From: Paraspadella gotoi
Lineage: Eukaryota > Animalia > Chaetognatha
DNA: 64,000 bases
NCBI GenBank assembly: GCA_051294375.1
Contig: CM119270.1
Coordinates: 16,690,824-16,754,823, forward strand
Reading direction: 5' to 3'
This document shows, piece by piece, positions 36,850 through 50,781 of this stretch. The notes beneath the pieces were generated by a model. That model ran no database searches, had not been told where the DNA came from, and saw only the letters and a list, made by a program, of their open reading frames with translations. A program made the translations under genes and the position numbers. Position 1 is the first letter of the stretch; each line of letters opens with the position of its first letter.

Positions 36850-37025
36850 TAGTAGAAGAAGTTTGGAATTTTGTTTACAACAACGATTTTATTGGTACAT
36901 AGGGCACGTACATGTTTCGGCTTTAATTTACAAGCCTTCTTCAGCGCCATAGAAAAACATGTCGTACGGTTCCCTATGTTGTACAATAAAATCGCTTGTA
37001 TGTAAACAAGTTCAAACTTCTTCAC
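36850..37025 (-). ncRNA. Minimal type-I hammerhead ribozyme motif (36900-36950) inside an inverted Penelope-like pLTR fragment
   Basis: Minus strand: ggcg CUGAAGA a GGCUU-guaaauua-AAGCC GAAAC au GUA cgug, followed by AATAAA; the flanks 36853-36917 and 36955-37023 are inverted repeats. Confidence 0.7.
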
Positions 37026-37213
37026 TTGAGAAATAATACTTCTATAATAGAATTTCAAAGCTAAAATTTATATTCAAAAAAATTTTACTGCTGGATTGAA
37101 CGGCAATTCGTTAAAAAATTCCAACCAAGTATTACTCCTAAAAAAGATCAGGCAGAGAAACAAAGTATAAACCTTTTACGAATTGCAAATCACTTCCACG
37201 ATTGAGCCCGAGA

Positions 37214-39354
37214 ATGGTAACCTCCAACCTTCGGGTCAACTTCTGGACGGGGAATTCTGTCAGTGCCAACCGAACCCTTCGCGCTCGTCTTCAGAACCTT
37301 GGTACTGAGGAGATTCCAAGCCGGCGACATCCTTCCCAATTCAGAGCCGTCGACACCATCCAGGCTGCGTTTCATTATCGTCACTATGAGAAACCTCCTT
37401 GGAAGGATTCTTCCCAAGTGTTCCCCGTAAAACATACGGTCCGTCGATAGCGCAATTTGTCAACATTTTCTCTTCAAATGTGAATTTACTTATCGAGAAA
37501 GATTAATAGTGACAAAAGACTGTCTCATTTTCAGGTTCACAGGTTCACCACTACGCGGTCCATTGGGGGCGACCAACCAGGAGCATCGACCGGGATGATA
37601 TATGGAAAGTCGTCGCCGAACTCTTCGACATGACCTCAACGAGTTTGCCGATGATACAAGAATGCCGTAACTCCCCTACGAATGGACAAAGTTTGACGTC
37701 TTTGTCAATTGCGTCGTCCTAAGCCATCGCATGTCTAAGCCTTTCAGCGATTTGGCGGCCGTTCTTCCTCAAGACCCTCTCGTGGGAGTGCGTGGCCTGA
37801 CGTCTCGTTCACTTCACTCGTCGTCTCTTTCTTGGCGACCGATTCTTCGACGTATGGATCGACGAGCACGCCCCACTGGCAAGGTCTTCAACTCCTGGGT
37901 GCATGACCCTTCTACCGGTCTCTTGTCTATTATTTCTCCGAAGAGGCATCGTCGGATTCGCTCGCCCTCAGATTTTTTGGACTTCTTTGGAGATTTTTCG
38001 TCGTTCATCTTCGCGACGCTTTTTTTCCGCCGGGCGTCATTTCCAACAGTTGTCCTCACGAGCCAACCCTGCAGCATTCTCTGGAGGATTTTCTCGAAGT
38101 TCCAGACCAAAAGGTTCGCCTGGCATCCGTTTTTCGACCCAAACATGTTCGTAGAGCCGCCAGGAGGCAACCTGGAGCGATCTGCACGAGGGCCAAAAGC
38201 GCTGGAGGATAATCGATTTGGGAACACGTTCGAAAATCTTGATGAGTATTTTTGGAAAACCATCCTCGCATTGGGCGATTTTTTGAGTTTGACAGCTAAC
38301 AAGATTCCATTGTTCAACGTTCGACAGTGTGTAGTTGGAGGTGAGCCTTATCATGAAAATTAAGGAAAGCCGAATTATAACTTTTGGAAATCTTTTGGCG
38401 AATCCTAAATTCGCCTCCCGTATAGCTTTGGTGAAACTCAGATCGTCCCCATTGGCCTGACAGAATAAAGTACTGCGATTGGTACGCTGGGTTTAATTGT
38501 GATGCTCGGTCGACATAAACACGCTAGTGACATGGGGTGTTCCCTGCAGTCCAAAAACCCTATAGTTGTCCGCTGGCGGGCAGATGCCTCACACCCATTG
38601 GCATCAACATGCACCCCCTTGCCATAATGTATAGTTTTTTGTTTGGCCTATTAATTTGTCATATTTCATGGATTAAAATAGCGTTATTAAAAAGAAACAA
38701 TGATAATACGACGATAAGGAAGTCCCATGATACTATGGAAATTATGCTTTAGGCGTGAGCGAGTCTCGATTGAAAGCCCGTTAGTTGGTTTTTTTAAGTT
38801 AAATATTATGTTAAATGAGGAGGCCTCTCATAGCGATAGCCATTCTCCAATTCAAGCAGGCGATGTACGTTGACCATTTCTGCGACTGAATGAATAATTT
38901 TAGATGTTCCAAGTTTTATAAACACCACGTACACAATTGCACTTCACTGCACGTGCGACTGCAACAATTGCACATGTGCATTGTGCTATGTGCCAATAAA
39001 CTCCACGATTTCTCCCCTCACAGGTTCGTCGAGGACGCCTCGAATCGTTTGGGGCAAAGCTTCCGATTCACCCGGATGCAACTGGGCTTTTACTCCGCCG
39101 CCTACTCTCCATCTCCGACCGATCATGGACGGACGCGTCCTGTAGCCGAAGAAAGAAATCATCAGAGCAGGACCTTCTGGAAAAAATGCAAGAATCGACG
39201 CAAGTCTTTCTGCCGATGGGCTGGTCGCTGAATTGGCGGGAGTGACGCTGATTGGGGTCCCTGATGGCCAATGGCTGATCGCGTTGCTTCAGGAGGAAGG
39301 ACGGCCGGCACGCCGTCAAACGAAAGAGAAGCGGGACCGAGGAGTACCGGCTGA
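37214..39354 (+). pseudogene. Divergent ionotropic receptor copy with many frameshifts (probably read errors rather than true decay)
   Basis: Reverse-complement copy of 50782-52588. It supplies the S2 sequence, the donor at 38341 (gag|gtgag) and the acceptor at 39023 (cacag|gttc). Confidence 0.8.
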
Positions 39355-39913
39355 AAAACGAGTTTGTGATAATTAGATACCACCTAAGCGACTATTGCGC
39401 GGAATGGCCGTGCATTATCAATCAAGATTAAAAACAATTAATGGCAATAGCAGTAATAATTAATAGCCACCACTTTGCGTTCCCGTTTATAGCGTATTAG
39501 TAGGAGTACAGTGAAAATTTTCATAAAATGGCGTATTATTTATCTTTGTTAAAATAAATGAGAATGAATATTCCGAAGTTGTTAAATTACAATTTTCTGG
39601 AGAAAAACGAAATTTGTATTAATCAAACTGGTTTTGGCATTTCCCCGACGATGGCGCTCAAACCGCAACTCTGCTAAACGTGTAATCACTTCATTAAAAT
39701 TCGCATTCAACAACGCCAAACTCAGAAGGCAAAGCCGTTTTGAAGGAAAAGCTGAAAAGATGCGGAAAACTGCGAGAATCCATTTTATGCAAAAACTCCG
39801 ACTTCTTCTCTGGTTCGTTTTCACATCCAATCTGTATGCGCTTTTTTTCAACACATTCCTTTCTATTCTTTTCCTATTACCTCTCTTATCTAAATACTAA
39901 CCCCTGAGAGTCG

Positions 39914-40140
39914 GGTACAACCAATTTTTGATAAATTATCCATTCATGTCAATAAATACGCTATCTTGCGCTTGACTTTGGACAGGGCTCAATCACTACT
40001 AACAAGATATAATAACATAGCAGGACTCTGCAAGGTCTTCATCAAGAACTCTCTCACGTTCTCGTTTTATTTCCACTCGCAGAAGATTTGGCTTTGCCTA
40101 TCAATGAAGAGCGTATAATGTTTCAATTAATTTCAATTGT
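39914..40140 (+). repeat. Dispersed short repeat family copy
   Basis: Matches 893-1130 along its length. Confidence 0.8.
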
Positions 40141-40692
40141 ATGTTTGTGTATATTTTGTTCACATTACTATACTCCCTTTTAACGTTTTATGATCCTACG
40201 CTATTTACTCTGTCTTCTAACTTTTATTTTCTCCATGCTCTCTACAAAACTTCTCCGGACCTATCGTCCCTTCTCTTTCTTTTATGCCTCTCCCTCCCCT
40301 CCTCCCAGCTCCTCCCAATTCCTCCCCCAATCATCCCACTGTCCTCCCCTCTCTCCTCCCTCTCTCCCCGCCCCCCCCTCTCCTTCCCCTTTTCCTCTTT
40401 CTGCCGGTTTTTCGACGTCGGCGCTAACGCTTGGCCGTTTCGCGTGCTCGATGCGCCTGCGCGTTTGCGCGCAGAGGTGTCGGACGCTTGGCCCGGTCGG
40501 TTGGCCTTGTCGCCTGCTCGGCCTTGGGCCGTCGCGCGCATCGGCAGAGGCGCGTCGGAAGAATGGGCGAATACGGCGCGAGCGAATGGATCGACCCTTT
40601 TGTTTTGTGTTTTTTGCGTGTTGTGTGGGGTTTGTGTGTGTGTGTGGTTGTGTGTCAATGTCAGTCTATCTCTTCTCTCTCTCTTCTCTCTC

Positions 40693-40751
<59 letters not shown>

Positions 40752-40959
40752 TTCTCTCTCTCACTCTCTCTCTCTCTTCTCTTTCTCTAAGAAAAGTGGC
40801 TGCTGCAGCTTATCTTTTTGGCCACATGTTACGTGTTCGGCGCTCGTGGAACTAAATTTTACTGACAAATACCATCTACTACATGTGCGCTCATCTTTCT
40901 GCTTAGATTACGAGTACTAAAAAATTTGTATCTGAAGTCGTAACTAAAAAAGAAACTTA

Positions 40960-41582
40960 CTATCTAGAAAAAAGTTAGAAACATTTTTAATTGAGGATAT
41001 CTACTCGAAAACTTGCTCGATTTTTTAAAAAATCAGGGATATTTCAGATTCTACACTAAATTGCCTTTCAGTGTGCTTCCTTCCATTTTTTCGTAGATCC
41101 AACCGTATAGAAGTAGAGGCGAAAATAAGATTGCTTACCTCAGTGAAAAATGGCGGAAAAAATCGCCTTTAGTTTTCCACAATTCTTGTATTGAGTTATT
41201 TGTTTCTATTTCAAATTGAGTTAGTTATTTTTTTCATTTTTTAAATTTGGTGTATGCCGAATAGACAGCCCCTCTCTTTTGGTCATAAAGGCAGATTTGA
41301 GCTCTGAGGAAAAGAGGGAAAGAGCAACCATTCATCACAAAGTAACTTGGAATCCTCGTTCCACCATTGCAATTTTTTACAGCGATAACAACAATATCAA
41401 AACATTGGATTTCATGTGTCAGCCTTTACGAGAGCAGCCCAGACGAATGCAGCAGTGGTCGATGCCGAGATGAGGGACATACCAAATATTGATTAATGTA
41501 TTTACCCATGTTTTGTATATTTTTTATTGAATAAATAACTTTTAAAAAAAAAATGTTTTCTAACTTTTTTTTCCTAGCATAG
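40960..41582. mobile_element. ~620 bp MITE with ~30 bp TIRs and TA TSD (Tc1/mariner-type)
   Basis: TA|CTATCTAGAAAAAAGTTAGAAACATTTTT ... AAAAATGTTTTCTAACTTTTTTTTCCTAGCATAG|TA; empty sites at ~19573 and ~49080. Confidence 0.82.
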
Positions 41583-44181
41583 TAACCCACGCTTATACGC
41601 ATAATATAGTCGCTATATCACCCACCGCCAGCGCCTACCAAAGGTCTGAGAGTTGCTCGGCCAGATCAGCATCTGAATTCGAGTATTTTCCACGAAATGA
41701 GAAGCGAGAATTTTCCCGCATGACGGCACCGAATTCAAAGTTCCAAACGCGGAGCCATTTTTCTTCTACGAAAAGAAATTCTCATCTATCTTTTTCTTGT
41801 CTTCTAGGAAGAATGATTGATTTGTCAGGCAAAATGACATCCTACCTCGGCCTTTCGTCAGTCGTCGTCGTCGTCGTTTGTAGTCGTCGTTTTCGTCTTT
41901 TCCTCATAAAAATAAAACGCTATCCTCGACCCACATTTCTTTTTTTTAGACAAGTTTTCTCTTTGCGCAGAAGAAAAAAAATGATCACCCTCGGCCTTCA
42001 ACCCTTTCGTCGTCGTTGTCGTCGTCGTCGTCGTGTCGTCCGTCGAAAGTGAGAAAAAAACAGTGATGCGCTCTTGTGTCATAATCTGCTTTTTGCGCAA
42101 GAATGAGGAAAGAGAGAGAGAGAGAAGAGCTGAGAGAGACGAGACGAAGATGAGAGAGAGGAGAGAGAGAGATTAGAGAGAGAGAGATAAAGTTTTAAGA
42201 AACGACAGATCATAGAGACAAAAAGAATAAATGATAATCGACTTGAGTTAAGATTCCGGTCAAATGTGAAAGAGTTCAGATTGAAAGAGGAAGAGCAAAA
42301 AAGAGGAAAGAAGAAGAAGCAGGTTTATAAAAGATCCATATTTGGTTCCCACGGATCAATAGGACTCGCGTCGCTGGAAGAACAATCGCCAAACGGAAAT
42401 GGTAGTTGACCCTTGGAATCAGTCGGGGAAGAGAGGCGAGAGAGAGGGAAGAGAGGGAGAGAAGGAGAGAGAGGGAGAGAAGGAGGAGAGAAGGGAGAGA
42501 GAGGAGGAGACGTTAAATTTTATCATTATAGAGATAACTTGAGAGAAAATGCGGATGAGATCTTTGGAAAGGACGGAAATGCTGAAAAGAACGGGAGATG
42601 ATTTAGAGAAGATAGAAATTGCAGGCAAAAGGAGAAAAAGAGAAAAGAAAAAAGAAGGAAAAATAGAGAGGAAGGAAAAATAAAAAAGAAAGAAAGAAAG
42701 ATGGAAGGTAGGAAGAAATATAAGGGAAAGGGAAAGGGTAAAAGAAAAGGAGGAAACAAGAAGGAAAGAAAAAAAAGAAAGGAGAAAGCAACCAAAAGGG
42801 AACGAGGGAAAAGAAAAGGAGGAAGAAAAGAATAAAAGTAAAAGGAAAGCTGCGAGTGGAGGAAAGGAAAAGGAAAATGGAAGGAAAGAAAAGAAAAAGA
42901 AAGAGGAAGCGACGGAGGAAGTTAATAGAAAAATGGCATAGAAGAAAAGAATAAAAAGAAAAGAGTGCAGAGGCAGAACGAAGGAAAAAAAGGAAAATGA
43001 GGAAGAAAAGAATAAAGGAAAAGAGGAAAGCGGACGGAGGAAAAGAAAAGGAAAATATAGAGGAGAAAAGTAAGAGGAGAAAAAACGTAGGAAAAGTGGA
43101 CGGTGGAAAGGGAGAAAGAAAAATGGAGGAAGAAAAGAAGGAGGAAAAGAGGAAGGTCGAGGAAAGAAAAGAAAATGAGGAAGAAAAGAGAGGATGAAGT
43201 AGAGGAAAGCGGGACGGAGGGAAAGAGAAGGAAAATGGAGGTAAGAAAAAAATAAAAGGAAAAGAGGAAAGCAGACGGAGAAAGCGGAAAAGGAAAATGG
43301 AGGAAGAAAAGAAAAGGATGAATAGAGGAAGCGGTACGGAGAAAGGAGAAGGAAAAATGGAGGAAGAAAAGAATAAAAGGAAAAGAGGGAAGCAGACGAG
43401 GAAAGGAGAAGGAAAATGGAGGTTGACCCCTTTCGCAGCCGTGAATCTCGTTCATCATTTCCCGGACGACGAGACTGAGCGCGATCACCGTGACTTCGAC
43501 GCAAAAACGCGGTTCCGTGACGACCCGGAGTGAGAAGCGGACGAAGGGGAAGCGGAAGAGGCGGGGGGAAGTTGAGCAGCGGACGAAGGGAAGCGGAGGG
43601 GAGAGGTGATGGGACGTGCGGGCTGAGCGGAAGAAGGGGGTGATGAGATAGAGAAAGAGGGGAGTTGGGGGGGGGGCTGGGGCGGTGAGGAGTTTTATGA
43701 GTAAAAATATTACCAATAGTAGTGGCCGGTTTCATAGTGGTATTCAGTACTAGTAGTAGTAATAATAAAAAGGATAGTATCATATGGTAAAAAAAATGAA
43801 ATGTTCTCTATTATCTCAAAAAATCATTCCATTTTGTGATGATGTATTTAAGAAAGGCTATTAATGTCATAATTGACGGTCGTCGTCGTCGTTCGTCGTC
43901 CAATCGTTGTTCCTTGTTCGTCGTAGTCTATGTCCCAGTCATTTCTCCTCACCCAATCGTTAATGGACGATTTCGCTTTTGGCTCCCACGCCAGAGAGAG
44001 GAAGAGGGATGAGAGAGAGAGAAAGGAGAGAGGGAGAGAGTTTGTTTGAAGCGAAAGGCCGTAAAAAGTATCTCACTTCTCTCCCTCTCTCAAAACCCGG
44101 ATTTGTTTTCCATCTTTTAGTGCGTTTTGTCCATCATAAACCATTCAAAACATTATACCGTATATATGGTTCAATGTTCAA

Positions 44182-46552
44182 TATGACACAATGAAAAATG
44201 GTCGTTAACTTACTGTTCGTGCATAAAAAAAATTCACTGTTTCAATTATTATTATATTTCTTTTTATTTTTTTTGAAACGTTATAGTTTCATATGTTGAT
44301 AATCAAAATATCAATGCAAAATTCTTTTTTTGTTTTTAGATATGACTTGAATAATAGGGTGAAAGATAATAAATTTTTGTAAAAAGTTACTTATTCATAT
44401 TTATTCATAGAATTGTAATAGAAAAAAAATAAAAAAAATAATAGTACTAATATTAATGTTATGTCTCAATAGACTGGAAAAAAAAACCTGTCATTTAAAA
44501 ATTCGATCGGGAAGTGGGGTAACTAGGCTTACCAATGGCATCCTTCCACGCCGATTGTTCTCTCAAATAATTTTTTTATTTAATACGATTTGAAAGGGAA
44601 AAAAAGAAAATTTGGAATGCAAAAGGTTTGCAGAAAGGGTACAGATAATCTTGGACTTATTGACTGATAACCATGACCTTTATATCTTGTGAAATGGGGG
44701 CAGTCTAAATAAATTCTGCAAAAAATTTCATCATTAAGTCAGCTCAATGAACCCTCATGGCTATTACGAGAAATACTTTTGTCTTAATTAAAATGGATGA
44801 TAAATATAGAATTAATTTCTTGCTATATTTAAAAGAAAATTATCAATTACAATTTAACCAATGATGTTGCTTTGTCAAATATGTTACCAGCTATATAATT
44901 TTATAACTTTATTATTGATAACAAGCATGTGTCAAGCTTTATAGTTTGCAGTTTAAAGATAATGAAAAATGACGATTTTTTTTTCGCAGACAAGAAGGTA
45001 GATGTCCAGACTGTTTTTATATTCAACGCTGAAAACATTTTTGTACTTATTCATTTTTAATATTTAAAAATACATTTTATCCAGGCTTACAAACATAATA
45101 TTTTTGCTTGTTTTTTTACATTTAACTGAAAAATAAAGCCAATTTTATGGTAATAAAAAAAATTTAATAATAAACAAAAGTAATTCAGTTTTCCTTTTTC
45201 AAATTACAAAAGAAAAAGAAAAATTTCATATGCCTTCATGAAAATTTTTTAAAGCAAAAAGCTGTTATACTTTTTATACTCTGATGTTAAACAAAACGCT
45301 GTGTAAAGATTTATAGATTTAATTTATAACTCTTTAGAAGGTTTTCCCATGATTAGGGCTTTAATTGATAACACATCACCTTGCTACCTTTTTTCTTTCA
45401 AAAGTTATTTAAAAAAAATAATTTTTTTTAAATGTACGCAGTACAATCTTGTTAAATAAAAATTTCGACAAAGCGGGAGTATCTCACTTATTTCTATGGC
45501 TACAATATTTAAATTTTTAAAATAAAACTTGAAGAAATTTTTTTGTCATTTAGAGACATATCTCTTTTAGATGTAACCATCGCTATAATAATTAGTTTGA
45601 GTTGTATGTTCCCCGAAGAGAAGAAGGCCTATTAAAAAAGGTTAGAAGATTTGCTTGCAGAATGGTTGGGGAAAAAATTTCATGGTGTCTGGACCTAGAT
45701 GCTCAGTTGAGAGATAATGGTTTTGCATAGAAGAATCAAAATATCAAAAAATAAAAATCAGCCTCTAGAAAAATCAAAGGCTAGAAGCTGATTTTTTTAG
45801 AATTGCAAAATTTTTTCCTGGACTCATAATGCCATTTTCTCAAGTGTTCAAAATATTTGTTTGGTCAAAGATCATTCAATCAATTTTTTTTATTGAATTT
45901 AAGAATTTTTTATTATTGTTGGTGTGTGGTTGGGAAAGGATGTGGGAAAAGAGAAGTGGGAAAATATAGGTAATTATATAAAGTTTTTGAAAATAACCTT
46001 TAAAATATTAAATAATTAGACACAAGGGGAGTAAGCAGAGAAAACTTCCGCGTTCGATAGAAGAAATTGAGAAATGAAATTGTGTGCGTACTGTAGTTAG
46101 AGTAGATGAGCTAGATGTAGTAAAGCGAGATGATTCATAGAATTGAGGGAAATGATGGCGGTAAAAATTATTCTTCTTGGGTTCTCGCGTTAACTTATTA
46201 GGTTATCATTAACAAGTTTTGTTTTAATGGAAGGTGATTAATATGTTTTTTGCAGGTTATTAAAAGCAATGTTCTAAGAATTGTGTAAGGCGTTTCGGAA
46301 GCTAAGGTTGGCTTGCATCGTGTTTGGAGCTATTTTTGATCTCGTTAGCTTTTTTGGTTGATGGGGTCAAGGGCTTGGGGCAGAGTACAGTAATGTGGCC
46401 GAGTAAAAAGTGATGTTTGAATAAATCGGGCCCACCAAATAGATACAAAAGAAGTGATCAGATTATGTTGGCTCCAGGAAACAATGTTTTGAAAGGCGAC
46501 AGAGAGAGTGCGAGGACGAACATTTCGCCACGTTATTTTTCATTGTGTCATA
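44182..46552. mobile_element. ~2.4 kb AT-rich element bounded by TIRs, at the centre of the large palindrome
   Basis: Perfect 18-bp inverted match TATGACACAATGAAAAAT (44182) / ATTTTTCATTGTGTCATA (46552); homology with the 22.27 kb copy stops exactly at the left TIR. Confidence 0.65.
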
Positions 46553-49500
46553 ATAACAGGGTGGGGTAGTGGCGCGGAGATGATGTAGNNNNNNNNNNNN
46601 NNNNNNNNNNNNNCTCCCTCTCTCTTTCTCTCTCTCTCCCTCTCTCTCTCTCTGGCGTGGAGCCAAAAGCGAAATCGTCATTAAACGATGGGTGAGGAGA
46701 AAATGACTGGGACATAGACTACGACGACAAGGACAACGATGACGACGACGACGTCAATTATGACATTAAAGCTTCTTAAATAACATCATACAAATGATNN
46801 NNNNNNNNNNNNNNNNNNNNNNNNNNNNNNNNNNNNNNNNNNNNNNNNNNNNNNNNNNNNNNNNNNNNNNNNNNNNNNNNNNNNNNNNNNNNNNNNNNNN
46901 NNNNNNNNNNNNNNNNNNNNNNNNNNNNNNNNNNNNNNNNNNNNNNNNNNNNNNNNNNNNNNNNNNNNNNNNNNNNNNNNNNNNNNNNNNNNNNNNNNNN
47001 NNNNNNNNNNNNNNNNNNNNNNNNNNNNNNNNNNNNNNNNNNNNNNNNNNNNNNNNNNNNNNNNNNNNNNNNNNNNNNNNNNNNNNNNNNNNNNNNNNNN
47101 NNNNNNNNNNNNNNNNNNNNNNNNNNNNNNNNNNNNNNNNNNNNNNNNNNNNNNNNNNNNNNNNNNNNNNNNNNNNNNNNNNNNNNNNNNNNNNNNNNNN
47201 NNNNNNNNNNNNNNNNNNNNNNNNNNNNNNNNNNNNNNNNNNNNNNNNNNNNNNNNNNNNNNNNNNNNNNNNNNNNNNNNNNNNNNNNNNNNNNNNNNNN
47301 NNNNNNNNNNNNNNNNNNNNNNNNNNNNNNNNNNNNNNNNNNNNNNNNNNNNNNNNNNNNNNNNNNNNNNNNNNNNNNNNNNNNNNNNNNNNNNNNNNNN
47401 NNNNNNNNNNNNNNNNNNNNNNNNNNNNNNNNNNNNNNNNNNNNNNNNNNNNNNNNNNNNNNNNNNNNNNNNNNNNNNNNNNNNNNNNNNNNNNNNNNNN
47501 NNNNNNNNNNNNNNNNNNNNNNNNNNNNNNNNNNNNNNNNNNNNNNNNNNNNCCTCCGCTTTTCTCTTTTCCTTTTATTCTTTTCTTCCTCCTTTTCTTT
47601 TCCTCGTTCCCCTTTTGGTTTCTTTCTCCTTTCTTTTTTTTCTTTTTCTTCTTGTTTCCTCCTTTTCTTTTACCCTTTCCCTTTCCCTTATATTTCTTCC
47701 TACCTTCCCATCTTTCTTTCTTTCTTTTTTATTTTTCCTTCCTCTTTCATATTTTTTCCTCTCTTTTTCTCTTTTTCTCCTTTTGCCTTCAATTTCTATC
47801 TTCTTCTAAATCATCTCCCGTTCTTTTCCAGCATTTCCTCCCTTTCGCAAAGATCTCATCCGCTATTTTCTCTCAGTTATCTCTATATGATAAAATTTTA
47901 ACTCCCTCTCCCTCTCTCTCCCTCTCTCTCCCTCTCTCTCTCCCTCTCTCTCCCTCTCTCCCCCACTGATTCCAAGGGTCAACTCCATTTCCGGTTTGGC
48001 GATTGTCTTCCAGCGACGCGATTCTTTGATCCGTGGAACCAAATATGGATCTTTTTATAAACCTGCTTCTTCTTCTTCCTCTTTTTGCTCTTCCTCTTTC
48101 ATCTGAACTCTTTCACACCGACTCTTAATTCCAAGTCGATTATCATTTATTCTTTTTGTCTCTATGTCTGTCGTTCTTAACTTTATCTCTCTCTCTCTCT
48201 CTCTCTCTCTNNNNNNNNNNNNNNNNNNNNNNNNNTCTCTTCTCTTTGTCAATCTCGTCGTGATGATCGCATACTACAAGCAACTTCTAGGGCAGTCATG
48301 TACTCTTCTCTGTGTCTCATCTCTCGTCTTAGCCATAATGACTCTCCTCCACTCCCTCTAGCTCTTCTCTCTCATTACTCTCTGCTCTCCCAAATCGTCA
48401 ATCTCTTATTCTCAAAATTTATTTCCCCCAGCTCGATTGCCCTAAACAAACTCGGCGATGTAAATGACAAATTTATGAAAGATGGCGAAGCGCATTCAAC
48501 TAGACAACTGTTTTTTTCTTACGTGTCGGAACGACGGCGATAAAGATGAAACCGATGTACGCGTCCATGGACCGACGCGACAAATAAACGAGGCATGTCA
48601 CCGACGAATAAGGGTGAGGCCGAGGCGTAGATCATATTTTTTTTTTTATTTTTTTCTGTTTTTTTTTTTTTTTTTGTTTTTTTTCCTTTCATTTCCTTGT
48701 TTTTTTCTTCTGCCAAAGAGAAAACTTGTCAAAAAGAAATGTGGGTCGAGATAGCGTTTATTTTTTTGAGGAAAAGACGAAAACGACGACTACAACGACG
48801 ACGACGACGACGACAAGGCCGAGGGTAGGATGTCGACTTTTGCCTGACAAATCAACTCATTCTTCCGCAGAAGACAAGAAAAAGATAGATGAGAATTTCT
48901 TTTCGTAGAGAAAAATGGCTCCGCGTTTGAACTTTGATTCGGTGACGTCATCGGAAATTCTCGCTTCTCATTCGTGGAAAAAATACTCGATAATCGATGC
49001 TGATTGGCCGAAAGAACATTCGGCTTTGGTAGGCGTGGCGGTGGGTGATCTAGCGATAAATCTATGCGGTATAGCGTAGTAGTTTCTTTTTTAGTACTTC
49101 AGATACAATTTTTAGTACTCGTAATCTAAGAGAAAAGATGAGCGCACATGTAGTAGATGGTATTTGTCAGTAAAATTATATTCACGAGCGCCGAACNNNN
49201 NNNNNNNNNNNNNNNNNNNNNNNNNNNNNNNNNNNNNNNNNNNNNNNNNNNNNNNNNNNNNNNNNNNNNNNNNNNNNNNNNNNNNNNNNNNNNNNNNNNN
49301 NNNNNNNNNNNNNNNNNNNNNNNNNNNNNNNNNNNNNNNNNNNNNNNNNNNNNNNNNNNNNNNNNNNNNNNNNNNNNNNNNNNNNNNNNNNNNNNNNNNN
49401 NNNNNNNNNNNNNNNNNNNNNNNNNNNNNNNNNNNNNNNNNNNNNNNNNNNNNNNNNNNNNNNNNNNNNNNNNNNNNNNNNNNNNNNNNNNNNNNNNNNN

Positions 49501-50781
49501 NNNNNNNNNNNNNNNNNNNNNNNNNNNNNNNNNNNNNNNNNNNNNNNNNNNNNNNNNNNNNNNNNNNNNNNNNNNNNNNNNNNNNNNNNNNNNNNNNNNN
49601 NNNNNNNNNNNNNNNNNNNNNNNNNNNNNNNNNNNNNNNNNNNNNNNNNNNNNNNNNNNNNNNNNNNNNNNNNNNNNNNNNNNNNNNNNNNNNNNNNNNN
49701 NNNNNNNNNNNNNNNNNNNNNNNNNNNNNNNNNNNNNNNNNNNNNNNNNNNNNNNNNNNNNNNNNNNNNNNNNNNNNNNNNNNNNNNNNNNNNNNNNNNN
49801 NNNNNNNNNNNNNNNNNNNNNNNNNNNNNNNNNNNNNNNNNNNNNNNNNNNNNNNNNNNNNNNNNNNNNNNNNNNNNNNNNNNNNNNNNNNNNNNNNNNN
49901 NNNNNNNNTAAAATAGCGTAGGATCATAAAACGTTAAAGGGAGTATAGTAATGTGAACAAAATATACACAACATACAATTGAAACATTATTTGAAACATT
50001 ATACCTCTTCATTGATAGGAAAGCCAAATATTCTGCGAGTGAATAAACGAGAACGTGAGAGAGTCTTGATTGAAACCTTGCAGAGTCCTGCTATGTTATA
50101 ATCTTGTTAGTGTGATTGAGCCTGTCCAAAGTCAAGCGCAAGATAGCTTATTTATTGAATGAATGGATAATTTTCAAATTGGTTGTACCGATCTCACGGG
50201 GTTAGTATTTAGATAAGAGAGGTAATAGGTAGTATTAGAGTGGAAAAGAATAGAAAGTAATGGGTTGAAAAAAAGACATAGATTGAGATGTGAAAAAAAC
50301 CAGAGAAGAAGTCGGAGTTTCCATAGAATGGATTCGCGCAGTTTTCGATCTTTTCAGCTTTTCCTTCAAACCTGGAGATGATTTTTGCAGTTTGCGTTGG
50401 TTGATGTGAATTTCAATGAAGTGATTACAGATTAGAGAGTAGCAGTTTTCACTTTTTGCTAGTTTTCTTGGATGAGCGCCATCGTCGGGGAAATGCCAAA
50501 ACCAGTTGATTAATACAAATTTCGTTTTTCTTCAAAAAATTGTAATTTAACAACTTCGGAATATTCAATCTCATTTATTTTAACAAAAATAAATAATACG
50601 AAAATTTAACAATGTACTCACTACTCATACGCTTATAAACGGGAACGCAAAGTGGTGCTATTATCGACTACAGGTTATAGTGCAACTACTACTATTGCCA
50701 TTAATTGTTTTTAATCTTATTGATAAATCACGCCATTCGCCAATTAGTCGCTTAGTGGTATCGGATTATCCAAACTGTTTT

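Noticed and set aside
38537-38752. Hydrophobic ORF as the IR last TM helix
   Set aside because: It lies inside the GT-AG intron 38341-39023; the downstream exon gives a better S2 end and M4.
46794-47969. ORFs made mostly of X
   Set aside because: They read through N gaps and are not evidence of coding sequence.
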